Below, one piece after another: positions 55,827 to 64,000 of a DNA stretch of 64,000 nt. Position numbers and translations under genes: made by a program. Every line of letters begins with the position of its first letter. The stretch's first letter is position 1. The notes under the pieces were generated by a model that was not told the DNA's origin, searched no databases, and saw nothing but the letters and a program-made list of their open reading frames with translations. The stretch is from Phaeosaccion multiseriatum. Lineage: Eukaryota; Protista; Ochrophyta, other classes. The stretch covers positions 4,216,001 to 4,280,000 of the forward strand of contig OZ218950.1 of assembly GCA_965112735.1 (NCBI GenBank), given 5' to 3'.

Positions 55827-57677
55827 ATGGGATCTCGGCTGAGCATGCCGCAGGCAGTGTCCCCCGAGGTAAGGGCTGCGGGCCATGCAGTGCCGTATGA
55901 ACTGCCCGTTTGTCAAGATGCTTTTTGTGGAGGAAATAGTTGAGTCTTGAAGGCAGCGATGCAGTACTTAGGTCTGCGAGGGAAGGATACTGCTGGCTGC
56001 TTCAACCAGCTTACATCCTGGGAGGCTCGTGCTGCTACTCCTGGCTCCCGTGCATGTTAAAGCACCCCTCCGCCTCCGTCGAACTCTTTGCACCCCACAC
56101 AACAGGGGCGGTGCCTCCACCAGGCGATCACGAGAAGCGAGAGCTTCACACTACTTAGCGCGCTGTTGAAGAGACTCATCGCCAAGCACGGCAGAGCAAG
56201 CCTACAGCAGCCTATCGACGAGCAAGGCTTTACCGCTATTATGTGGGCTGCGATGTACGGTCGACTGGATGTGGTGGACCTTCTACTGGAGAATGGGGCC
56301 TCCATCCGTGGCAGAGGCGGACCCTTCGGCGACACACCCTTGACATGCGCAAGCACAAATGGGCACTCTCAGGTGGTGAGGCGGTTGCTGGACGTCGGAG
56401 CCTCTGTCGACCAAGTCAATCTCGCCAGGGCGACGCCTTTAAAGTGCGCTTCCCAGAGGGGGCATTTCTCCGTCGTGCAGCAGCTCCTCTCCGCGCGAGC
56501 AAGCGTCGACGCAGCCAATGCGAGTGGTGTTACCTCATTGCACGTGGCTTCTCAAAATGGGCATGCGGCCGTGGTGCGTCTGCTCATCGGTGCGAGTGCC
56601 AGTGTCAACGCAGGCGAAGAGGACGGACGTAGTTCTCTCTTTTACGCCTCCCATAACGGCCACACCTCTGTCGTAGAGCAGCTTCTTTCAGCTCAAGCAG
56701 ATGCGAACCAAGCCGACAAGAAGGGGCGAAGTCCACTCATGCAGGCGTCGCAAAATGGGCACGGGAGAGTGGTACGGCAGCTCATCAGGGCCGCCGTCAG
56801 CGTCAACCAGACGGACAAAAATGGCACGACTTCTCTTCACATAGCCTCGCAAAAGGGGTGTGCCTCCATCGTGCAGCAGCTTCTCGATCATCAAGCCAGC
56901 GTGGATGCCCGGAACAAGAGCGGGGTGACTGCCCTCATGGCAGGTGCTCATAACGGGCATTTGGCTGTGGTAGAGAAGCTTTTATCGAGCGGAGCAGATG
57001 CATGCTCGCATAGCGTCAAAGGCTTCACTCCTCTTCATCATGCCTCCCAAGACGGGCACATCGCCGTGGTGGAGCGCCTTCTCTCTGCGGGCGCAAAGGT
57101 GGAACAAACGACCAACACTGGCGCAACACCCCTCCACGGTGCGGCACATAACGGGCACGAGGCAGTCGTGGCTCGTCTAATCTCTGCTGGATGCCCCATT
57201 GATGCCCAGAGTTCGGATGGCTTCACCCCTCTACTTGACGCCATCTCTCAGGACCAGCGCGGCGCTGCGCGGCAGCTTCTCTCGGCCGATGCGTCGGTGG
57301 ACAAGGCCTTGGCTGTGGCACGGCGGAATGGACTGGGCCCCGAGATTGGGCAGCGACTCAGCAGAGAGGCGGAGGGCAGTGGCCTTCCGGTCCCGAACCG
57401 TGCTGGACCTCATGCCGGCGTTAGGCACGGAGAGCGGGATTCCGCGGCAGAGGCTCCGGGGCGTGTGGAGCGAGACGCGGGAGGGCATGGTGGAGGGAAA
57501 GCGCTCAAGGGCGGGGGGGGGACGCCAAGCCAACAAGGCGATGGGCAGCAGGGACCGATTTTTCAGCCAAGTCCACCATGCCAGAGAAGGACGCAGGAGA
57601 AGATGCGAGAGAGGCACCGCCCACGCAGAGTGACTTGGCGGGAGGACCTCACGTCTGAGAGTGAGCGAAGCGCATGA
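55827..57677 (+). CDS. Ankyrin-repeat protein, copy 2 (~11 repeats), paralogue of copy 1; exon 1 55827-55868, exon 2 56124-57677
   Basis: Same repeat order and flanks as copy 1 (AKHGRASLQQPI; QRGAARQLLSADASVDKAL). First exon MGSRLSMPQAVSPE|gtaag has the same donor context (CCCGAG|GTAAG). Confidence 0.9.
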
Positions 57678-58220
57678 TGTGGTCATTAGTCGATGGGGAG
57701 TAGGAGATCAGCGCCGTTGGACATAGTACGCTGAAGACCGCGAAATAGCGCTAAGGGGTCTAGAGAATGTACTACCGGAGCTCTGCACTCCTTCTGTAGG
57801 TCTCCTATTCATCTTAGGCTCTCTCCTACGTCCTCTCTGATGAGTCGTATGTGGCATTGTGAGCCACATTTTCTCCTGACGTTGATGTCCTGATCCCTAT
57901 TTCCTCGGGGTCCTTGTTCTCCAACGCGATAGCATAAAAGAGATTGAAACGTATTTTGCGGGGACAGACCAGCTCGCTCCAAATAGAATATCAAAGGCTT
58001 GTGTTGGCTCGGGCATGTGTGCACAACGCTTCGTCTCAGCTTCGTCTCGCCCTGAGAAAGCACAAAGGCGGCGATTGGCTAGGTTTAGTCGGGGGGGGGG
58101 GGGCAAAAATCGACTCGAACCTTTTTCGTGACACCCACCAAGAATGCTCCTACTTCCTGGGCGTACGTCACCCCCTCGGCTCTCTCCTCTCGCCCTCCAT
58201 CCCTCCCAACCCTTTACAAC

Positions 58221-59285
58221 ATGGCGTGCGCGACTGAAATCGAGGCATGCACAGCTATTGAGGCCTGTTCCACCTGCCTTGGTGTAGAGCAGGCTGCTCC
58301 TGACGAAGCTGCCGAGGGTGGCGTCCGCCGCTTCCTTCAGGAGGCGGACGGCGAAGACTCCGATACGGAAGGGGCCGACGAGTCCCCCTCCCGCCGCCCC
58401 GGTGGCGGACTCCCGGCCCTCTGCCACTTTTTTGACCCTGAGGGGAGGGAGAGCCCGCAGAGCTGTGAAATGTTCTCCTACCTCCTGCAAGTTCCGGCGA
58501 CCTGCCTCGCGATCGAAGCCTTCATGGAGGCCACAGGCTGCATCTATGGGGACCTCTGTGGGCAGCTTGACAGCGGGGAGAATAAGGAGGCGGAGGAGAC
58601 GGAGGAGGTGGAGCCCTTGGTATTTGAATGCGCGGAGGTGGACGACACAAGCCTCGTCAGTGCATACGCCGTCACGTGAGTTTGTCATGTGTGCTTGTCT
58701 GTGTTCGGCCGGCATTCTAACCAACCCACCCCAACCTTTCCTCCGTACAAACAATAATACTTGGCCGCAGGTGCGAAGACCCTCTGCAGAGCTGCCTGGA
58801 CACTGAGAGCTGTGCCGAGTGTGTCCCACTCACCCTCGCGTACCTCGGCATCTTCTTCAATCGCACCTCCCTCGAGTCCATCCAGGGCAGCTGTGATGCC
58901 GTCGCGCAGGATCCCTCCCTTGCCTGCGACCCCCTACCCCCCCGCGTCACCAACACCAGTGCCAGTTGCCTGGCAAGTAGCCCCGAGTTCTCTGCGTACT
59001 TTGGCTGTGTGGCGGCCTCCGCCTGCAAGAGCGCCGAGCCCATCGAGTTTGCGTGCGAGGCCACCGGCAGGCGAGGTAAGAACGAGAGGAGGCCTGTGCC
59101 TTACTCGCCGACTTCTCACCCCCGCCTGTACCATCCCCTTTACACCACTACCATCAGTGCTCGCATCCCCTCCTGGCGGCGAGGAAGGCCCTGCCTGGAT
59201 GGGCCTCCACGGCCTGCTGGCCCCTCTCCTTCTTGTCATCGGAGCCGCCTTCCGTTGGGCCACCCGAGCACACCCCTCTGCCTGA
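58221..59285 (+). CDS. Cys-rich protein, copy 1 (two 10-Cys modules plus hydrophobic C-terminus); exons 58221-58675, 58771-59075, 59158-59285
   Basis: Phase-consistent GT-AG splicing, exon structure conserved with copy 2, Cx6Cx5Cx2C at the start of each module. Confidence 0.8.
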
Positions 59286-59887
59286 GAGAGAGAAGCCGCC
59301 ACCGAGCAATGTGGCATGCCCTGGTTTGGAGGGAGGCAAGGCCAGCCACGAGGGCAGTGGCAATTGTGACAAAGGGAGGTGTTTCACTCTCTCTCTACCA
59401 ACTCGAGACCCTGTCTTGGGTGCGCTGGAGGACTTTACGTACGTACCACGTCTTTGCTTTAATCCTTTTTTGTGCATTATTTTTAATGGAGACAAACACC
59501 GTTTCGTATCTCTCCGTGACGAGGCTGTCTTGCGTCTTACTCACTGCCTCCACAAGTAGGCGCCGACACACAAAAACATACGCACACGCGCACACACACG
59601 CACACAGACACATGCACACAGACACGCACACAGACACGCACGTAGATAGCAGGAGAAGGCCATCGCTTATGATTCAGAGTTAGCTTTTTGCTGTTTCTGC
59701 TTTTCATGAGGCATTCCAAAAGGGACGCCTAAACCCTTCCACCCTCGGGACTTTAGTACGCGGGAAGAAAAGTTCTCGAGAAAAAAGGTTCCATCCCCTT
59801 TCTTTGTGTTGGACACGCGTGTCAGGGTGTATGTAACGCTCTCCCCACAACCCTCGCTTACTCCCACTGTCCCCAAGCTCTTGCACC

Positions 59888-61082
59888 ATGTCATGTGCTA
59901 CTCAAGTCGCGGCTTGCCAGGCTGATGAGGCCTGCTTGACCTGCTTCCAGCAGGGCGAAGGGGGCGATGCTGGTGGCGATGCTGGTGGCGATGCTGGTGG
60001 CGATGCTGCCGGCAATACTCTCCGTCGCTTCCTTCAGGAGGCGGGCGGCGAAGAGCCCGAAGCCCCCCCCGATCTGGAGGAAGGCGAGGAGCCCGGAGGT
60101 CCCCCGCTGGCAGCCCTCTGCCACTACTTCGACCCTGAGGGGAGGGAGAGCCCCCAGAGCTGTGAAATGTTCGCCTTTATCGAGGGGCCTACGGCGACCT
60201 GCCTCTCGAACGGCCCCTTTTTGGATGCCGTGGGCTGCATCTTTGGTGACCTCTGCTCGCAGCTTGAGGCGGGTGTCGTCGAGCCTGTCGGACCTGGCGC
60301 TGGAGCTGGCGGCGACGGCGGAGGAGGAGGTGGAGGCCCTGGCGGCGCAGGTGGAGCTGGCGGAGCTGGTGGGCGCCGCTTTCTTCAGGAGTCGGAACCC
60401 TTTGTGTTGGAGTGCGAGGACGTCGACGAGACCAGCCTCGAGAGTCCTTACGCAGTCACGTGAGTTGCTTGCTTGCTTGTTGGTGTTGTGTTTCTCCACT
60501 GGAAAACCACCAACTCCACTCCTCCCTCGCGCCTCCCTCCAACCCCTGCTCCACAGGTGCGAAGACCCTCTGCAGAGCTGCCTGGACACTGAGAGCTGTG
60601 CCGAGTGTGTGCCGCTAACTCTCGCGTACGTCGGCATCTTCTTTAACGACACCTCCCTCGAGTCCATCCAGAGCAGCTGTGATGCCGTCGCGCAGGATCC
60701 CTCCCTTGCCTGCGACCCCCTGCCCTCCCAGGTCATCAACACCACTACCACTTGCCTGGCAAGCAGCCCCGAGTTCTCTGCCTACTTTGGCTGTGTGGCG
60801 GCCTCCGCCTGCAAGAGCGCCGAGCCCATCGAGTTTGCGTGCGAGGCCACCGGCAGGCGAGGTAAGAGCCAGAGGGAGAGAGAGTGAGGCCTGTGCCTTA
60901 CTCGCCGACTTCTCACCCCCGCCTGTACCATCCCCTTTACACCACTACCATCAGTGCTCGCATCCCCTCCTGGCGGCGAGGAAGGCCCTGCCTGGATGGG
61001 CCTCCACGGCCTGCTGGCCCCTCTCCTTCTTGTCATCGGAGCCGCCTTCCGTTGGGCCACCCGAGCACACCCCTCTGCCTGA
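59888..61082 (+). CDS. Cys-rich protein, copy 2 (tandem paralogue); exons 59888-60459, 60557-60861, 60955-61082
   Basis: Same 20 cysteines and intron positions as copy 1, with Gly-rich insertions and two RRFLQE motifs. Confidence 0.8.
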
Positions 61083-61353
61083 GAAAGAATTGAATGGGCT
61101 CCAAGGGTCCCCTTTGTCCCTCAAGAGCAAAGTGGAGAGGGAGGCAAGCCAATTAAGGCATAAGTAGTCTGACAGAGAAAAGGGAATTTCCTTATTTATT
61201 CGGCGTCCCGCTGGACTCCCACCGGAGAAAGAGAGAGCGGAAGTATTATCCTGGTATTGTAATCATCAAGTTGAACTCTTTATACCAAGATACCAAATAA
61301 ATTCTGATGGCAAAATAAGGGCTACCTGAGCCCCCACGCTGCCGCGCCGGTCA

Positions 61354-63987
61354 TCACTTGTCATCCTCCTCCTTCTGCTTCTTCTCACCCTCCTGCTCTT
61401 GCTCCCACAAGAGTCTGTCGACATTCTCCGCGACGAGGCTGTCTTGCGTCTTGCGCGCCTTCTCCAGGATGGCCCGGGCCGCTGCATGCCGCTCGTCCTC
61501 GCTATTCGGTGTCTCCAGCCCGACGCTCGCTCCTTTCTTCCCCTCCTGCGCCTGCTCCTTCTCCTGTTCCTCCACTGATTTGGGTTTGGGCTTCTCCTTC
61601 TCTGGCTGCACAAGGTCTCGCGTGCGGTATTCAAGCCTCAGGAGGCGGCTCTGGAGTGGAGGACCAACGGCCAAGTAAACCCACAAAGCGAGAGAAGACC
61701 CCGCGACATACGCGCCACGATTTAGGAAACGAGAGAGGGGCCATAGCACAGCAGCAACTAATTGCCCCACGTACCACAACAGATGGGACCGACTCAAATG
61801 AAAATGCATGCAAAACAGTACCCAAGGATGCCAAAGTGGTCGAAGCGCGACAGCATTACGTTAAGCCTCCCCACCACCACCACCTCCTCTCTATTCCTCG
61901 ACCCTTTCCACTCCCCCCACCTCCTTCCTCACCTCCATGTCTTGGGTAATGGCGTCCCGACTCCGCACTTTGTTCTCGACCGCCCCAATCTGGGTGGTGA
62001 GGGCAGCCAAGTCGGCCTTGCTACCGCTGGGAGCAGCAGGGGTCGGAGCAGGGGCCGGAGCAGGAGCCGGAGCAGGGGCAGCTTCCAGCTTTTCTAATCG
62101 CTCAAAGATGTTGGAGAGCGACCTGTCCACGTATTTTCCAATCACGTCCACCTCCAGATTCACCTGCCAAGGGAGAGGGACGGAGGGAGGGAGGGCGGTA
62201 CATATCCACATCCATCAGTAGCCGTTGCGTGCACAGCACAGCACCACAGAGTAACGATGCGTGAGAAGCAGACACATCAAACAGGGAGGGAAAACAAGCC
62301 ACGGAGGCTGCAGCAACTCAGAACAAGCCACAGAAGCAGCAGCAACTAAGAAGGCTTGGGGAGGGAGAGCTCGGGCGTGGCCCTGCCCCCCTATCCCCTA
62401 CCGTGGCAGCGAGTATATGTATGCTGTAGCTCATGACTACAGCGGTGCGACTCTCTCACCTTGTCTCCCACCCCCTTCAGCGGAAGGATGATGTGCTGCT
62501 GCGTGTATGCAATGAGCATGAAGGTAAACCACTTCTCCTCGGTATTGACTTCGCAAACAGTCAGGGATGTACCGTCCACTATGGGCAGCAGCAGCAGCCG
62601 CAGCAACAGGAGGGGCGAGGAGGAGGAGGAGGAGGAGGAGGAGGAGGAGGATGAGCAAGGGCACGAGCGGCAGGGATAACGAGACAACCTACAGAGTGGG
62701 AGAGCGAAAGAGAGAGAGAGAGGGGGGGTGGGGTAGGGGAAAGGAGAAGGACACGAGATTGTGCAAGGAAGAAGACCACCCTCCTCTGCTCTGTGCAGGA
62801 TGTGTCAAGACAAGAACCAGCACACAGTGCACGACCAGAGTTGGCCACTTGTGTGACTGCTTCGTTCTTTTGCCGTTGCCACACCTTCCCTGGCTGGGCC
62901 TCATTTCTTCCCCCCGCTCGGGAGGTAGGTAGGTAGACATGCAGGCAAGTACGTAGTTAGATAGATAGGTAGGAAAGAAGGGAGGGAGGTAGGTAGGTAG
63001 GTAGGTAGGTAGGTAGGTAGGAAAGTAGGTAGGAAAGAAGGCAGGTAGACTGGCGACAAGAAGAGCTTGGGGGGAAGGGCAGTGGTCTCCTTGGTCTTTC
63101 CCCTCTGTTGCGAGCGTGCGTAAACACCCCACCGCACCTGCTATGAAGCCCTTGGGCACAATGTAGCGGAGCAGATCTGATGGGGCGCTCACTTTGACCC
63201 ACAAGCTGTCTTTGTCCTTCCACGTCTCCTTGATAGTGCCTACTTGATCAACGTGACCTTGCACCATGTGGCCGCTGTTCCGCTGTCGGTGGCGAGCGCG
63301 AGGAAGGAGGGAAATAAAAGGAAAATTACGTAAGAGAGTCACACTCGGAGATGGGAACGCGACGAAAGTCGGGGCGGGGAGTCACGGGGTGAATAGGCCA
63401 CGAACGGGTGATGGAATGCGACAGGGCAGGAGTGGCGAGGGCAGTGAAATGCAAGACGAAATCCAGCCCTTTAGCGTCTGTGTTCGATTGGGCTTAGTGC
63501 GCCTCCACTCACCCCGTCCACGGGAAGAGCTCGCTCCAAATTCAGCTTCTGACCCGTTTGCAGCAACCCCAAATTCGTCAATCGTAGAGTCTGATGGCAT
63601 GAACAGAGACCAAAAGGAAGAGGGGGACGGGGGCAGGCCCCAGGCAGGCAGGTAGACACACAGACACAGAAAAGGGGCAGGCAGGGGAAGCGGGAAAAGG
63701 GCAGCGAGTAAGGGCAGCAAGCAAATAGAAGGGCAGGAGCGTCCAGTCATCCGACGAAAAGGGGAAAAAGAGAGGGAGGGGGGTGGATCAGGGGCAGCAT
63801 GAGGACACAGAGATAGGCAAAGTGCAGCGCAGAGAGAAGGCATCTGATCCCAATCCCTGCGTCCTTCGTTCCGTCTTGGCCTTTGCCATCCTCACTCGCT
63901 CACCTCAGGGGCAAGGCCCACTTTGAAGCTCGTCTCATCGAACTCTGTGACTGTGAGGCACACCCCATTACAGGAGATGCTACAACC
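61354..63987 (-). CDS. Riboflavin synthase (alpha chain), 5'-truncated by the window edge, with a C-terminal extension; exons ~63987-63904, 63590-63513, 63282-63138, 62579-62461, 62163-61933, 61650-61354
   Basis: GCSISCNGVCLTV, GLAPETLRLTNLG, KLNLERAL, GHMVQGHVD, YIVPKGFIAVDGTSLTV, MLIAYTQ, GDKVNLEVDVIGKYV (two lumazine-binding repeats). Confidence 0.95.
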
Positions 63988-64000
63988 CTGTTTCGGTCAT

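Noticed and set aside
61354-61809. Stand-alone 151-aa membrane protein ORF
   Set aside because: Better explained as intron plus the last exon of riboflavin synthase (phase-0 acceptor at 61651/61650).

Overview
Eukaryotic nuclear DNA: GC-rich, with GT-AG spliceosomal introns full of microsatellites. The lineage is probably a stramenopile alga; this is inference from protein signatures and is not proven. Positions 1-45 kb hold intron-rich conserved genes, mostly in head-to-head pairs: casein kinase I, complex I 51-kDa subunit (NDUFV1), eIF3e, a HOOK-family adaptor, enoyl-CoA hydratase, proteasome Rpn3, a small membrane protein, TMEM181, METTL5, MetAP2 and a large disordered/coiled-coil orphan. 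Positions 45.3-61.1 kb form an intron-poor, accessory-looking block: a PX-like protein, a BcsA-like GT2 glucan synthase, a PA-domain signal-peptide-peptidase-like protease, two tandem ankyrin-repeat paralogues and two tandem genes for an unrecognised surface-type protein. That protein has two exon-encoded 10-cysteine modules, RRFLQE motifs and a GPI/tail-anchor-like C-terminus. The window ends inside a riboflavin synthase gene with a C-terminal extension. Best candidates for new biology: the 2x10-Cys protein pair and the diverging ankyrin pair. Also notable are a GC-AG intron in Rpn3 and an RGG tail on eIF3e. All gene models were spliced by hand from GT/AG sites and reading-frame phase; no database search was run. 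Most six-frame ORFs are microsatellite or antisense artefacts.
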